Shown here: in pieces, positions 42,173-53,477 of the stretch
Position numbering within the stretch: the stretch's first letter is position 1
Layout: each line of letters begins with the position of its first letter
From: Candidatus Latescibacterota bacterium
Lineage (GTDB): Bacteria; Latescibacterota; UBA2968; UBA8231
Reading direction: 5' to 3'
NCBI GenBank assembly: GCA_965200315.1
Contig: OZ241362.1
Span: 4,032,001 to 4,096,000 of the forward strand
DNA: 64,000 bases
Made by a program: the position numbers and the translations under genes
Notes under the pieces: generated by a model
Seen by the model: only the letters and a program-made list of their open reading frames with translations
What the model was told of the DNA's origin: nothing
Database searches by the model: none

Positions 42173-42463
42173 CTAGCGCTTTGAACGGCCTTGTAACTTG
42201 AGTACGTAAAAAATTTCAACCGCGAGAAAAAGCAAGTACGCAGCCACTAGCGCGACGAAGTAACTTTCGGCATGGATCTCAGCCCATCTGAGCACCACTA
42301 CCGACAGGACAGCCACCGCGATCAACCTCGCGATCATCCCCCCGAAAAAGGCGATCATAAAGGTTTGCATGCCCTTGCCCCATCCCCAGCGAATCGCCGC
42401 CAGCGCGAGCGCACCGTTGACTCCGGCGACCACCAATCCAGCGGCGATGCTGTCCCAATTCAC
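42173..42463 (-). CDS. atpI: ATP synthase accessory membrane protein (AtpI-like)
   Basis: Small three-TM protein in the atpI position, GG...RL motif. Confidence 0.7.
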   Translation of the reverse strand: MNWDSIAAGLVVAGVNGALALAAIRWGWGKGMQTFMIAFFGGMIARLIAVAVLSVVVLRWAEIHAESYFVALVAAYLLFLAVEIFYVLKLQGRSKR

Positions 42464-42702
42464 GGTCCGTCCTCCCGCTTGCGCCGCTCATCTAAGTCCA
42501 TCAGCGTCCGATAGAGTTTGTAAAACCCACCCCCCGCGCCGAGCAGGGTCCCCAACACGAGAAAGAGCGGCGTAGTTGCAAATTTGCCGTCGAGCCACCA
42601 GCCAAGAAACACAAAGATCAGGATCGTCGCCGCGAATTGAATCCCCAGACTGACGTAAGGGCCAATATCGGCATACGCCCTAGTCTTTTTTTGGGCAACC
42701 AT
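42460..42702 (-). CDS. AtpZ/AtpI (ATPase gene 1) family protein
   Basis: SLGIQFA, GWWLD.KF.T.P.F...G.LLG. Confidence 0.85.
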   Translation of the reverse strand: MVAQKKTRAYADIGPYVSLGIQFAATILIFVFLGWWLDGKFATTPLFLVLGTLLGAGGGFYKLYRTLMDLDERRKREDGP

Positions 42703-42768
42703 ATTTTCTACGAGCAAATAAAAACGGCGGACCACCGTCCGCCGCTATATCAAAGCTGCCGATAGTGC

Positions 42769-42972
42769 TCAGTTCGTCTTCGACTCGGCATCCCCGCACG
42801 AACCGGGAGCCTGACCGCACTCGCACATAGGCTCGCCCAACGCATCGCGCATAGTGCCCAGCCCGCCGCACGAGCCTTGGAGGCGGCGATTGCTGAAGAT
42901 CACGCCGACAGCCATGGCGGCCATGATTAGCCCAAAAACAGCGAAAGTGGCGATAAGCATGCTCGCAGTCAT
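42769..42972 (-). CDS. nqrM: Na+-NQR maturation factor NqrM
   Basis: One TM then GSCGG...CEC...C, directly after nqrF. Confidence 0.88.
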   Translation of the reverse strand: MTASMLIATFAVFGLIMAAMAVGVIFSNRRLQGSCGGLGTMRDALGEPMCECGQAPGSCGDAESKTN

Positions 42973-42989
42973 CTTGTATTCCTCCCGAC

Positions 42990-44228
42990 TTAAAACTCGT
43001 CGAAGCGGATCATTTCCTCTTCAATGCCTAGATCATCGAGCATCCCGAGCGCGGATTGGAGCATCAGCGGCGGGCCGCACAGGTAATATTCGACGTCTTC
43101 AGGGGCGGGGTGATCCTTGAGATAATGGTCGTACACCACCTGGTGAATAAAGCCTACATAACCGTCCCAATGGTCCTCTGGCCGCGGCTCGGACATGGCA
43201 ATGTGGAAGGTGAAGTTGGGAAACGCCTCTTCGATCTTGCGGAAGTGGTCCTCGTAGAAGACCTCGTTGGGATTGCGCGCCCCGTACCAATAGGACACCT
43301 TGCGCCCGGTCTTGAGCGTGTGGAAGAGGTGGTATAGATGCGAGCGCAAAGGCGCCATGCCCGCGCCACCGCCGATATAGACCATTTCGCGGTCGGTCTC
43401 CTGAATGAAAAATTCGCCGAAAGGACCCGAGACGGTCACCTTGTCGCCCGGCTTGCGGCTGAACACGTAAGAAGAGGCGATGCCCGGCGGCATGTCTGCC
43501 CAGCCACCCTTTTCGCGGTCGGGCGGCGGGGTGGCGATGCGGATGTTGAGCATGATGATGTCGCCCTCGGCCGGATGATTGGCCATTGAATAGGCGCGGA
43601 AGACGGGCTCGGTATTGACGAGTTTGAAATCCCAGACGTTGAAGCGATCCCAATCGGGGTGGAAGCGCTCGTCAATCCCCTCAAAATCCTTGAAGTCGCA
43701 CTCGAAGGGCGGCACTTCGATCTGGATAAAACCGCCGGGCTGGAAATCGAGCGTTTCGCCCTCGGGGAGCTTGACGACAAATTCCTTGATAAAGGTAGCC
43801 ACATTGTCGTTGGAGACGACTTCGCATTCCCACTTTTTGACCGAGAACACTTCGGGCGGCACTTCGATCTTCATGTCCTGCTTGACGTTGACTTGGCAGG
43901 AAAGCCGCACGCCCTCGCGCGCCTCGCGCTTGGTAATGTGGCTGGTCTCGGTCTGCAAAATATCGCCACCACCCTCGTAGATGTTGACCTTGCACTGGGC
44001 GCAGGTACCACCGCCGCCGCAGGCCGAAGACACGAAGACCTTGTTGTCGGCCAGCACGTTGAGCAGCTTGCCTCCTGCTGGAACGGAGAGGGCCTTGCTT
44101 TCGTCGTCGTTGATGAGGATTCGCACGTTGCCGCTAGGCACCAGCTTGGAACGGGCCACCAAGATGATAGCTACCAAAGCCAATACTACGCCGGTGAACA
44201 TGCCGACGCCGGAAATAACTTCAGTCAT
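42990..44228 (-). CDS. nqrF: Na+-NQR subunit F
   Basis: [34 protein letters not shown]. Confidence 0.96.
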   Translation of the reverse strand: MTEVISGVGMFTGVVLALVAIILVARSKLVPSGNVRILINDDESKALSVPAGGKLLNVLADNKVFVSSACGGGGTCAQCKVNIYEGGGDILQTETSHITKREAREGVRLSCQVNVKQDMKIEVPPEVFSVKKWECEVVSNDNVATFIKEFVVKLPEGETLDFQPGGFIQIEVPPFECDFKDFEGIDERFHPDWDRFNVWDFKLVNTEPVFRAYSMANHPAEGDIIMLNIRIATPPPDREKGGWADMPPGIASSYVFSRKPGDKVTVSGPFGEFFIQETDREMVYIGGGAGMAPLRSHLYHLFHTLKTGRKVSYWYGARNPNEVFYEDHFRKIEEAFPNFTFHIAMSEPRPEDHWDGYVGFIHQVVYDHYLKDHPAPEDVEYYLCGPPLMLQSALGMLDDLGIEEEMIRFDEF

Positions 44229-44244
44229 AAGACGCTTTTCCCTT

Positions 44245-44856
44245 TTAGAGCTGAATACCGGAAAAGGACATAAAGGCCAAAGACATCAGGCCCACCGTAA
44301 TGAAGGTGATCCCGAGGCCGCGTAGCCCGGGAGGCACATCGCTGTACTTCATCTTCTCGCGGATGCCCGCCAGCGCGACGATGGCCAGTGCCCAGCCGAA
44401 GCCCGAGCCAAAGCCAAAGATCGCGCTCTCGCCGAAGTTATAGTCGCGCTCGACCATGAACAACGAACCGCCCAAAATCGCGCAATTGACGGTAATCAAG
44501 GGCAAGAAAATGCCCAGCGCATTGTAGAGGGCCGGCACGAACTTGTCGAGAAACATCTCGAGGATCTGCACCATGGCGGCGATGATGCCGATGTAGCTAA
44601 TCAGCCCCACAAAGGTCAGATCTACCCCACTCAAGCCCGCCCACGCCAGAGCATCTTCCTTGAGCAGGTACTGGTAGATTAGGTTGTTGGCTGGAACGGT
44701 AACCGTCTGCACCACGATTACGGCGATCCCAAGCCCGAACGCCGTCTGCACCTCCTTGGAGACGGCCAGAAAAGTACACATCCCCAAAAAGAAGGCCAGC
44801 GCCATGTTCTCGACGAACACGGACTTCATAAATATGCTCAGATAGGCTTCGACCAT
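44245..44856 (-). CDS. nqrE: Na+-NQR subunit E
   Basis: [29 protein letters not shown]. Confidence 0.96.
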   Translation of the reverse strand: MVEAYLSIFMKSVFVENMALAFFLGMCTFLAVSKEVQTAFGLGIAVIVVQTVTVPANNLIYQYLLKEDALAWAGLSGVDLTFVGLISYIGIIAAMVQILEMFLDKFVPALYNALGIFLPLITVNCAILGGSLFMVERDYNFGESAIFGFGSGFGWALAIVALAGIREKMKYSDVPPGLRGLGITFITVGLMSLAFMSFSGIQL

Positions 44857-44862
44857 GTTCGG

Positions 44863-45486
44863 TTACTCCTTCCCGACCTGCTCGGGCTTCCAAGTCCTGA
44901 GCGCCCATATAAACAAGCCAATGATGAAAAACGCGCTCGGCGGCAAGAGCATCAGGCCGTTGGGCGCGTACCAACCTCCCTCGGCTGCCAAGGCGAACAT
45001 TGGTACTCCAAAGAGCGAACCCGATCCGAATAGCTCGCGCAATATGCCGACGACCAGCAGAATGACGCTGTAGCCCAAGGCATTGCCCAAGCCGTCGAGA
45101 AAGCTCAGCCCAAGACCGTTCTGCGAGGCGAAAGCCTCGGCCCGCCCCATGATAATGCAGTTGGTGATAATCAGGCCGACGAAGACCGAGAGCTGTTTGC
45201 TGATATCAAAGGCATAGGCGCGCAGGAATTGATCAACGATAATCACCAGCGAGGCGATGATCGTCATCTGCACGATAATGCGGATATTGGCCGGGATGAA
45301 GTTGCGAATCAAGCTGACGGCCATGTTGGAACAACAGAGTACGAAAATGACCGCCAAGCACATGGTAACGGTGGTCTCCAACTTGGTCGTCACCGCCAGT
45401 GCCGAGCATATACCAAGGCTCAGCAAGGCAATGGGATTGTAGTCAAAGAGCGGCCTGAAGAGGACGTCTCTTGGTTTGTCAGCCAT
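44863..45486 (-). CDS. nqrD: Na+-NQR subunit D
   Basis: [32 protein letters not shown]. Confidence 0.96.
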   Translation of the reverse strand: MADKPRDVLFRPLFDYNPIALLSLGICSALAVTTKLETTVTMCLAVIFVLCCSNMAVSLIRNFIPANIRIIVQMTIIASLVIIVDQFLRAYAFDISKQLSVFVGLIITNCIIMGRAEAFASQNGLGLSFLDGLGNALGYSVILLVVGILRELFGSGSLFGVPMFALAAEGGWYAPNGLMLLPPSAFFIIGLFIWALRTWKPEQVGKE

Positions 45487-46278
45487 TTAACTAACTCCTC
45501 GTTCTTTGAGCTTGGCCAGATACGGCCCAAAAGCTTCCGCACCCAGCCAGTAGCGCAGCATGTCCCGGACGCCGCGCGAGGTAATGGTGGCACCCGACAG
45601 CCCATCGACCTGATACTGGGTTTCGGGCCGCCCCAAGACGACCTTGCCCCTGATCACCTCGATGCGCACAGCACCGCTTTCGTCGAAGGCCTTTTTGCCG
45701 TCCCAGAGTGCCTTCCAGCTCGGGTTGTCAACCTCACCTCCCAAACCCGGAGTCTCGGCGTGCTCGTAGTACACCAGCCCGCGAATGGTATTGAGGTCCC
45801 TAGAATCGAGGGCCACAAATCCATAGAGCGTGGACCATAGCCCTAAGCCGTGAACGGGCAGGATGACCTTTTTGATCTTGCCCTTTTGCGAGACCAAGTA
45901 CACCGAGGCATGGAGCGCGCGGCGCTTGACGTTGGCGATGTCCACATCGGCCGGAACCAACTCGCTCCGCGCCGGATCCTTGGCCGCCCGCCGCTGGTCG
46001 TACTCAATCGGGTCCACGCCATCGACGTATTCTCCGGTCGCCAGATCGACGACGCGGGTATTTATACTTTGGTACAACTCCTCAATGCGCTCGCCACTGG
46101 CGACCTCGCCGGATTTTAGCAGGCCCGCGGCCATCAGAATATTGCGCTTCTTGTCGAGCGTCTTGTTGATTGCTTGGGTCGGCCGCAGCGACACCGCCGC
46201 CGCCGATACCAGCACCGAGCAGACGAGGCAAACGCCGAGTGCCACGCCGAATGTTCTACCTACTGAATCTCTAGCCAC
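45487..46278 (-). CDS. nqrC: Na+-NQR subunit C
   Basis: GLGLWS, ETPGLGGEV, DGLSGATIT (FMN site). Confidence 0.95.
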   Translation of the reverse strand: MARDSVGRTFGVALGVCLVCSVLVSAAAVSLRPTQAINKTLDKKRNILMAAGLLKSGEVASGERIEELYQSINTRVVDLATGEYVDGVDPIEYDQRRAAKDPARSELVPADVDIANVKRRALHASVYLVSQKGKIKKVILPVHGLGLWSTLYGFVALDSRDLNTIRGLVYYEHAETPGLGGEVDNPSWKALWDGKKAFDESGAVRIEVIRGKVVLGRPETQYQVDGLSGATITSRGVRDMLRYWLGAEAFGPYLAKLKERGVS

Positions 46279-46292
46279 TTTGTCTATCTCTC

Positions 46293-47510
46293 CTAAGAGC
46301 TGACAGCAGTGCGGGCCAGCCTGCGCTTAATGTTGGCTTGTATTACCACGTGATCGATTGCGGGCGCGAAGACATTGCCAAAGAGAATGGCCAGCATTAC
46401 GCCCTCGGGGAAGGCCGGATTGACCACGCGAATCAGCACGGTCATAAAGCCTATGAGTGCCCCGTACGCCCAACGGCCGGCCGGGGTCATGGAGGCCGAC
46501 ACTGGGTCCGTCGCCATATAAACGCAGCCAAAGGCATATCCGCCCAGCACCAAATGCCAAGCCGCGTTCATCTCGAACATCGGGTTGGTATTGCTGCCAA
46601 TCGCGTACAGCAACTCGGCGCAGACGACCGTGGCCGCCGTCATGCTGACGATAATTTGCCAAGAGCCGACCCTAGTCGCGATGAGGATGGCTGCGCCGAT
46701 CAGACAAGCTAGAGTCGATGTTTCGCCCATGGACCCGGGGATCGTGCCCAAGAAAGCCTGCGTCCAAGTCACCGAGCTGGTAAAGGCCGCCATGCCATCG
46801 GCCGCAGCAGCCCCTAGCGGGGTAGCGGACGTAAAGCCGTCGACCGCGACCCAAACCGCATCGCCGGTGATCTCGACGGGATACGCAAAATAGAGAAAAG
46901 CCCGCCCGGTCAGCGCTGGATTGAGGAAATTTTTACCGGTGCCGCCGAAGACCTCTTTGCCCAGTACTACACCGAAACTAATGCCAATGGCCACCTGCCA
47001 CAGTGGAATCGTCGGCGGTAGGGTCAAGGGAAAGAGCATGCCCGTGACCAAGAAGCCCTCGTTGATCTCGTGCTTGCGAACCATCGCGAAAAGCCCCTCC
47101 CACAAGCCGCCCACCATATTGCACACCAAAAAGACCGGAAAGAAATAGAGGAAGCCGTGGAATACATTGGCCAACGGGTTATGGGGATTGTAGCCGATGC
47201 CGAGGATGTCGATGATGATCCCGCGCCATTCGCCCGTCGTGGCGGCCCCCATCTGCTGCATGGCCAGATTGGCCTGATAGCCAGTGTTCCACATGGCCAT
47301 GAAGATGCAGGGCAAGAGCGCGACGACGACCGTAATCATGGTGCGCTTGAGGTCAATGCTGTCGCGCACGTGCGTCGGCCCCTCAGTGACGCGACCGGGC
47401 GTATATAAAAATGTATCGGCTGCCTCGTATAGAGCGTAGAATTTTTCCAGCCGTCCTCCCTTGTGGAAGAGAGGCTCGGCTTGGTCGAGCAGATCTCGCA
47501 ACACCTTCAT
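46293..47510 (-). CDS. nqrB: Na+-NQR subunit B
   Basis: [36 protein letters not shown]. Confidence 0.96.
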   Translation of the reverse strand: MKVLRDLLDQAEPLFHKGGRLEKFYALYEAADTFLYTPGRVTEGPTHVRDSIDLKRTMITVVVALLPCIFMAMWNTGYQANLAMQQMGAATTGEWRGIIIDILGIGYNPHNPLANVFHGFLYFFPVFLVCNMVGGLWEGLFAMVRKHEINEGFLVTGMLFPLTLPPTIPLWQVAIGISFGVVLGKEVFGGTGKNFLNPALTGRAFLYFAYPVEITGDAVWVAVDGFTSATPLGAAAADGMAAFTSSVTWTQAFLGTIPGSMGETSTLACLIGAAILIATRVGSWQIIVSMTAATVVCAELLYAIGSNTNPMFEMNAAWHLVLGGYAFGCVYMATDPVSASMTPAGRWAYGALIGFMTVLIRVVNPAFPEGVMLAILFGNVFAPAIDHVVIQANIKRRLARTAVSS

Positions 47511-47519
47511 TGAATGCGT

Positions 47520-48866
47520 CTATCCTTCTCTTTCAATTCTGTCCAAATTTCGTCGCAGCATGGGGCCATATTCGTACTTGCCGGGACACGCAAAAGTACA
47601 AAGCCCTAAGTCTTCCTCGTCTAGCTCCAGACAGCCGAGAGCTTGGGCGCGGTCCGTATCCTCGACGATAATGGCGCGAAGGAGAAAAGTCGCGAGGATG
47701 TCCAGCGGCATCACCTGCTCGTACGAGCCGATTGGCACCATGGCCCGGTCGCTGCCCTCGATCGAAGTAGTAAAATCGAAAAGTCGGTTGGGCAGCAGCT
47801 TGGAGGCAAAGACATTCTTGATGGAAAACTTATCGACGCCCGGTTTCTGCCACCCTAAGAACTCGCGCTCGCGGCCCTCGGCGAGCACCGAAACCTGCGC
47901 GTGGTAGCGGCCGAGAAAGTCCAAGGGGCCGGACGCTACCCGACCCGCTAGCACCGACCCGGCAATGATCCGATTCTCGCCCGGCTTGAGCTGGCCCGCC
48001 GTCAGCTCGCTCAGGCAGGCCCCTTGGCGGGTGCGCACCAAGCGCGGCTGTTCCACTTGGGGACCGCCCAAGGCCACGATGCGCTCGGTCCACAACGAGC
48101 CGGTGGCAAAGAGCTTACCGCAGGCCACCACGTCTTGGTAGCCAATGTACCAGACCGTTTTGGCTGCGCCGACCGGATCGAGAAAGTGGATGTGGGTGCC
48201 GGGCAATCCCGCGGGATGCGGGCCGGCAAATTCGACGACTTGGGCACCGTTGGCCGCGATGCTCGCATCGGGTGCCGTGCACACATAGACCGGCCCATCG
48301 GTGAGCTTACCCAGTATGGTCAAACCCCGAGCAAAGTCGTCTTCGTACTCGCGGAGCACGACTTGGGGATCGGCCGCGAGGGGATTGGTGTCCATCGCGG
48401 TGACGAAAATCGAGTGCGGCGCGCTGTCGGGCACGGGCACTTTGCTGTAGGGCCGCGTGCGCAGCGTGGTCCAAAGGCCAGACGCCACCAAGGTTTTGCG
48501 CACCTGCTCGCGGCTTAGCTGATCGGGTGCCGTGCGCGCGTACTGCTCAAAGCGCTCTTCCTCGTCTCCTGCGACCTCAATGACGACCGATAGCAAAGCG
48601 CGTTTGGTCCCGCGGTGGACACCGATCACTTTGCCGCTCGCCGGCGACGTATAGCGCACGCCCGGGAGACTCTTGTTTTCGAAGAGCAACTGCCCTTTTT
48701 TAACCGAATCGCCCTCGTTTACGGCCATCGTCGGCCGCAGGTCGATAGCGTCCGGTCCCAAGACGGCCACCTGCCCAATCGCTGGGCCGTCTTCGATCAC
48801 TTGCTCCGGCGCACCAGCAATGGGCAGGTCTAATCCTTTTTTTATTACAATTTTGCTACTGGCCAT
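47520..48866 (-). CDS. nqrA: Na+-NQR subunit A
   Basis: [37 protein letters not shown]. Confidence 0.96.
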   Translation of the reverse strand: MASSKIVIKKGLDLPIAGAPEQVIEDGPAIGQVAVLGPDAIDLRPTMAVNEGDSVKKGQLLFENKSLPGVRYTSPASGKVIGVHRGTKRALLSVVIEVAGDEEERFEQYARTAPDQLSREQVRKTLVASGLWTTLRTRPYSKVPVPDSAPHSIFVTAMDTNPLAADPQVVLREYEDDFARGLTILGKLTDGPVYVCTAPDASIAANGAQVVEFAGPHPAGLPGTHIHFLDPVGAAKTVWYIGYQDVVACGKLFATGSLWTERIVALGGPQVEQPRLVRTRQGACLSELTAGQLKPGENRIIAGSVLAGRVASGPLDFLGRYHAQVSVLAEGREREFLGWQKPGVDKFSIKNVFASKLLPNRLFDFTTSIEGSDRAMVPIGSYEQVMPLDILATFLLRAIIVEDTDRAQALGCLELDEEDLGLCTFACPGKYEYGPMLRRNLDRIEREG

Positions 48867-49180
48867 TATGAGTGCCGCGCAATCCCCTTTCAAAAGTTAA
48901 ATATCACTAAACTGGCCGGTTTAAGCCAGCCAGTCCCATCCGTCAAAAAAACAGGATATTAATTCGTCGTTAAAGAGTCTTTATGTCTCATAATCGGCCA
49001 GATATTCAAAGCGCGGGCGCGCCTTCCAGCCCGTTTCCCTCCGCAAACAGCCTAAAAATAAAAGCCAAGAAGCGCGATGGAGCAAGCCATTTGCGCGACA
49101 GATGCGCTCCTACCGAACTTGCCAAACTGGGTGAAACCTCGGATTTTAGACGCTCATCCACCAAACTGATCAGAGGATTT

Positions 49181-50185
49181 ATGAGCCTGAATACGCCCAC
49201 AACGCGCGAGGAAATCGTCGCCCTCTACAAAAGTCCCATACTCGACCTCGTGTACCGCGCCGCCACCGTTCATCGCAAACACCACGATCCGCGGCAAGTA
49301 CAAGTCTGCACCCTGCTGTCGATCAAGACCGGCGGCTGTCCTGAAAATTGCAGCTATTGCTCTCAGTCGGCCCACTTTGATACGGGCCTCGAACGCCAAG
49401 ACCTGCTGTCGCTAGACGCCGTCCGCGCAGCCGCCGAGCGCGCCGCAGCCGCCGGAAGCACGCGCTTCTGCATGGGCGCGGCCTGGCGCCAAGTCCGCGA
49501 TGGCGCGGAATTCGACCGCGTGTTGGACATGGTGCGCACGGTCGCTGCCACCGGCATGGAAGTCTGCTGCACGTTGGGCATGCTCACCGCCAACCAAGCC
49601 CGCCAGTTGCGAGAAGCTGGACTCCACGCGTACAACCACAACTTGGACACCGGGGAAAACTACTACCCCGAAATCGTCTCCACCCGCACCTATCGCGACC
49701 GCCTCAAAACCCTAGGCCACGTCGGTCGCGCCGGGCTATCGGTCTGCTGCGGCGGCATCTTGGGCATGGGCGAAAGCGACGAAGACCGCATCGACCTGCT
49801 CTGCGCGCTCTTGCAGCTACCAACGCCGCCGGAATCCATACCGGTCAACTCCCTAGTACCCATCGCCGGTACGCCGCTGGGCGGCCGCGAAACGGTGACC
49901 GCATGGGAGCTCGTCCGCATGATCGCCTGCGCTCGCATCCTCTTTCCCTCGGCTATGGTGCGCCTCTCGGCCGGCCGCGATCAGCTCTCGACAGCCGAAC
50001 AAGCTCTGTGCTTTTTGGCCGGAGCTAATTCCATCTTCTCGGGCGACCGCCTGTTGACTACTCCCCACCCTGGCACCGACGCCGACCAAGCCCTCTTCGA
50101 CTTGCTCGACCTAGAAGCGCGGCCGCCGCAGGGGGCTTCAGAGCGCGTCGAGCAGCTCGCAGAAGCAGTCGTAGATCGAAGCTAA
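49181..50185 (+). CDS. bioB: biotin synthase
   Basis: CPENCSYCSQS, YNHNLDT, VRLSAGR, GANSIF.GD.LLT. Confidence 0.96.
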   Translation: MSLNTPTTREEIVALYKSPILDLVYRAATVHRKHHDPRQVQVCTLLSIKTGGCPENCSYCSQSAHFDTGLERQDLLSLDAVRAAAERAAAAGSTRFCMGAAWRQVRDGAEFDRVLDMVRTVAATGMEVCCTLGMLTANQARQLREAGLHAYNHNLDTGENYYPEIVSTRTYRDRLKTLGHVGRAGLSVCCGGILGMGESDEDRIDLLCALLQLPTPPESIPVNSLVPIAGTPLGGRETVTAWELVRMIACARILFPSAMVRLSAGRDQLSTAEQALCFLAGANSIFSGDRLLTTPHPGTDADQALFDLLDLEARPPQGASERVEQLAEAVVDRS

Positions 50186-51409
50186 CTGCTGCCGCTCAAT
50201 GCAGTAGGGCGGCAGCACGTACACGCTGTTGCCTAGGGGCCGCAGCAGGAATCCCCGCGCCAAAAATCGCTCCTTCAGCAGCGGTCCCACCCCTTCCTCA
50301 CCTTCGACAATCACGTCCGCCGCCACAATCGTACCGCACACCCGCACCCGCTTGAGCCGCTGGTGGCCGCGCAGGCGCACCCCTTCCTCGCGCTGCCAAG
50401 CTGCTAGGCGGCGGAAAGGCTCGCTAGCGAGCAGATCCAGCGAGGCCAGCGCAGCCGCGCACCCCAAGGGATTGGCCGTATAGGAATGCCCGTGATAGAA
50501 GGTTTTAGCAGGGTCGTCGCTATAGAAGGCTGAGAAAACCCGCTCGCTGCAAACGGTGGCTGCCATAGGCAGAAAGCCGCCGGTCAGCCCCTTGGCCAAG
50601 CAGATGATGTCCGGTTGGGTCGCGGCTTTCTCACAGGCAAAGAGCACCCCGGTGCGGCCAAATCCGGTCAGCACCTCGTCGTAGATGGCCAACACGTCGC
50701 GTTGGCGCAAAAGCGCCTGCACGGCCGCGAGAAAATGCGGGCGGCACATCCGCATACCCCCAGCACCCTGCACCAGCGGCTCGAGTATCATGGCCGCGTA
50801 CTGGCTAGGCCGGTATGCCAACAGCTCCTCCAACCGCACAAGTGCCTGCGCTTCTTTAGCCTCTACCTCCCCATCGCCTTCCCAAGTGGCCGGAAAGGGC
50901 ACGGCGTCCGTCGGAAAGAGCAAGTCGGCAAAAGGGCGCGTAAAAAGCGAGCGTTCCCCCACCGACATCGCCCCAAGTGTGTCGCCGTGATAGGCACCCT
51001 CAAAACGCAGAAAGCGCCTGCGATCTCGCTCGCCTTGGTTGCGCCAAAACTGATAGGCCAGCTTGAGCGCGACCTCCACGGCCGTCGAGCCATCGTCCGA
51101 GTAGAAGACCCACTTTAGTGGCGCCGGCAAGGCATCCACCAGCCGCCGGGCCAACTCTTCGGCCGGGCGATGGGTAAATCCAGCCGCTATTACCTGTTCC
51201 AACTCTTTGGCCTGCTCGGCCACCGCGGCGGCGATTTCGGGCTGACCGTGGCCGTGCAAGGTCACCCACCAGCTCGAAATGCAGTCGAGGAGCTGCCGAC
51301 CATCCTCCAACTCTAGCACGGCCCCGCGACCAGTCCGCACTTGCTGCACCGGCAGCGCCGCCTTCATCTGGGTGAAAGGCGACCACACGTGGGAAGTACG
51401 CTCAGTCAT
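50138..51409 (-). CDS. bioA: adenosylmethionine-8-amino-7-oxononanoate transaminase
   Basis: WSPFTQM, SSWWV..HGH, YHGDT, DEVLTGFGRTG, AKGLTGG, HSYTANP. Confidence 0.95.
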   Translation of the reverse strand: MTERTSHVWSPFTQMKAALPVQQVRTGRGAVLELEDGRQLLDCISSWWVTLHGHGQPEIAAAVAEQAKELEQVIAAGFTHRPAEELARRLVDALPAPLKWVFYSDDGSTAVEVALKLAYQFWRNQGERDRRRFLRFEGAYHGDTLGAMSVGERSLFTRPFADLLFPTDAVPFPATWEGDGEVEAKEAQALVRLEELLAYRPSQYAAMILEPLVQGAGGMRMCRPHFLAAVQALLRQRDVLAIYDEVLTGFGRTGVLFACEKAATQPDIICLAKGLTGGFLPMAATVCSERVFSAFYSDDPAKTFYHGHSYTANPLGCAAALASLDLLASEPFRRLAAWQREEGVRLRGHQRLKRVRVCGTIVAADVIVEGEEGVGPLLKERFLARGFLLRPLGNSVYVLPPYCIERQQLASIYDCFCELLDAL

Positions 51410-52025
51410 GGCGACCAAAATAGCGAACAAAAAGCGCCCGGACCTTGGCGGGAGACAGCTCCATCCGACGGTCAATTGCAGCCAGCACAGGTACCTCTCC
51501 GTAGTGCGCGATAGCTTGGCAGTTGGCTGGATTGGAAGGACCGTTGACCACCACGCCCAAGAGCGGGCAACCTCGGCGGCGCAATTGGTCTAGAGTCAAT
51601 AGCGTATGATTGATGGTGCCCAATTCGCTACGCGCTACTACCAGCACCGGCAGTCCCAGATCGACCATCAAATCGACCATCAGGTGCCGGTCGTCGAGCG
51701 GCACCATAACCCCGCCAGCCCCTTCGACGATCAAGCGCTTCTGCTTGGGCAGTGCAAAGCAACTCATATCGATCCGCACGCCCTCGCGCCGGGCCGCCTC
51801 GTGCGGCGACAGAGGAGCGTGCAAGCGATAAGTCTCCGGCAGAACGCGCTCGGCTGGTAGGCCAGTGACGCGCCGTACCCAATCGGCGTCCGCATCGGCT
51901 CCGCTTTGCACGGGCTTCCAATAGGCGGCCTCCAACCCCACGGCCAGCAAAGCCGCGACATAGGACTTGCCAACGCCCGTATCCGTGCCGGTGACGAACA
52001 AGCGCGTGGGCAGTTCAGCCGCCAC
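51402..52025 (-). CDS. bioD: dethiobiotin synthase
   Basis: FVTGTDTGVGKS, KPVQSG, VEGAGG, LGTINHTLL. Confidence 0.95.
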   Translation of the reverse strand: MAAELPTRLFVTGTDTGVGKSYVAALLAVGLEAAYWKPVQSGADADADWVRRVTGLPAERVLPETYRLHAPLSPHEAARREGVRIDMSCFALPKQKRLIVEGAGGVMVPLDDRHLMVDLMVDLGLPVLVVARSELGTINHTLLTLDQLRRRGCPLLGVVVNGPSNPANCQAIAHYGEVPVLAAIDRRMELSPAKVRALFVRYFGRHD

Positions 52026-52821
52026 AGCCCCTCGTTTTCTCTACGGATAAATAATGAATAACGCACGTGATCTCCACGCCGTTGGGGCAGTCGCTATCCC
52101 AGCCGCGCAAGAGCTGGCGCAATTGCGCTGGATCAAGGGCACTCAGCCGCATCGGCGTGTGGGCACCCGTGCGCTTGAGGTGGCGCAAAAAGGCGCACGC
52201 GGTTGGAAAGCGCAGCACGATCACTTGCTGCCATTGGCGCACTGCGACCGGCTCGGCCGCGAATGCGCGGGCGACAGAGGCTAAGTCGGGCAAGTCATTG
52301 GCACTACAGGGGACGCCTTGGCGCACACATTGGCGGTGCCATTCGGCGTATGAACCTGCCCCCGGATAGGAGCAGAGCAATCGCCCGCCGGGTTTGAGCG
52401 CGGCCAATAGCTGATGCAGCCCAGCTCGCAAATCGGCAAACCAGTGGACCACAAAGCTGGCGCAGATCAAGGCGTAGCGTCCCTCGCTTCCTAGCTGCTC
52501 CCCATCCAAGACTCGGTAGCAGATGTCTGGATGGGCGGCCTCGGCGGCCATTTTTTGCCGACAATACGCGACCATGGTTGGCGCAAGGTCGGTCAACTCC
52601 AAGCGACGCCCGGGGAAGAGCGCGGCCAGGGGTGCGCTCAAAAATCCCGTGCCGCATCCAATTTCGAGCACTGGGCCTTCCACTAGATCTTCGGCGCACT
52701 CGGCAGCACATTTGGCCAAAGTAGCAGCCCCAGCGCGCTGCTCCTCGGCGTGGCAGTCGTACGTCGAGGCGCTGCGAGAGAAATTCTCCACGACGCGCGC
52801 TTTGAAACTCGCTTCCGTCAT
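52015..52821 (-). CDS. bioC: malonyl-ACP O-methyltransferase
   Basis: FSR.A.TYD..A..Q, LEIGCGTG, bio operon context. Confidence 0.85.
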   Translation of the reverse strand: MTEASFKARVVENFSRSASTYDCHAEEQRAGAATLAKCAAECAEDLVEGPVLEIGCGTGFLSAPLAALFPGRRLELTDLAPTMVAYCRQKMAAEAAHPDICYRVLDGEQLGSEGRYALICASFVVHWFADLRAGLHQLLAALKPGGRLLCSYPGAGSYAEWHRQCVRQGVPCSANDLPDLASVARAFAAEPVAVRQWQQVIVLRFPTACAFLRHLKRTGAHTPMRLSALDPAQLRQLLRGWDSDCPNGVEITCVIHYLSVEKTRGCGG

Positions 52822-53477
52822 ACAGGATGTATCCCGCGCCAAGCCCGTTCAACTCGTTCCCAACACGCACAGGGATGCGTCAGGGGCAGCGCGTGACCCG
52901 CCTCCGCGACGATCTCAAGTGCGCTGTTGGGCAGTAGCTCGCGCAACTCCTCGGCCCGCTCCACAGGCACCACGCGGTCGCGACTGCCGTGCAAAATGAG
53001 CACCTGTGCTGCAGCCGGTATCGCGGCTAGTTCAAGCACGCTCTCCTGCAACAGTTGCAAATCGCGGCGCAAACCGTCGGCATCAATAGCCCCAGTCCAG
53101 TGCCTATCTGCTGGTGCGCCACAACGGGCGTAAAAATCGGCCAACAAGGCCGCTGGCTCGCGCTCCAAGCGCGCCAGCATCTGCTCCACTGTGCGGCGCG
53201 AGCGCCGGGCTTGGCGGGCACACGACGAGTGAAAGCTGCCAAAGCCGCTGATGACCACGATCAACTCCGCCGCACCCATCTGCGGCAACAACAGGTGCAA
53301 GCCGAGGGAGTGCGCCAAAACGATGCGCGGCTGGGCCGCAACCGCCACGGCTGAGCCAAAGTACCCTCGGTCCGGGCAGTGCAGCGCAAAGTTAGCAGGT
53401 AAGACATCCCGCCAGCGATCCCAGCACCAAGCGCCAAAGCCCCACCCGTGTTGGGCCACCACGTCAACGACGGCCAT
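52818..53477 (-). CDS. pimeloyl-ACP methyl ester esterase (BioH/BioK-like alpha/beta hydrolase)
   Basis: HGWG, AHSLG nucleophile elbow, HGSRD, AGH. Lies between bioF and bioC. Confidence 0.8.
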   Translation of the reverse strand: MAVVDVVAQHGWGFGAWCWDRWRDVLPANFALHCPDRGYFGSAVAVAAQPRIVLAHSLGLHLLLPQMGAAELIVVISGFGSFHSSCARQARRSRRTVEQMLARLEREPAALLADFYARCGAPADRHWTGAIDADGLRRDLQLLQESVLELAAIPAAAQVLILHGSRDRVVPVERAEELRELLPNSALEIVAEAGHALPLTHPCACWERVERAWRGIHPV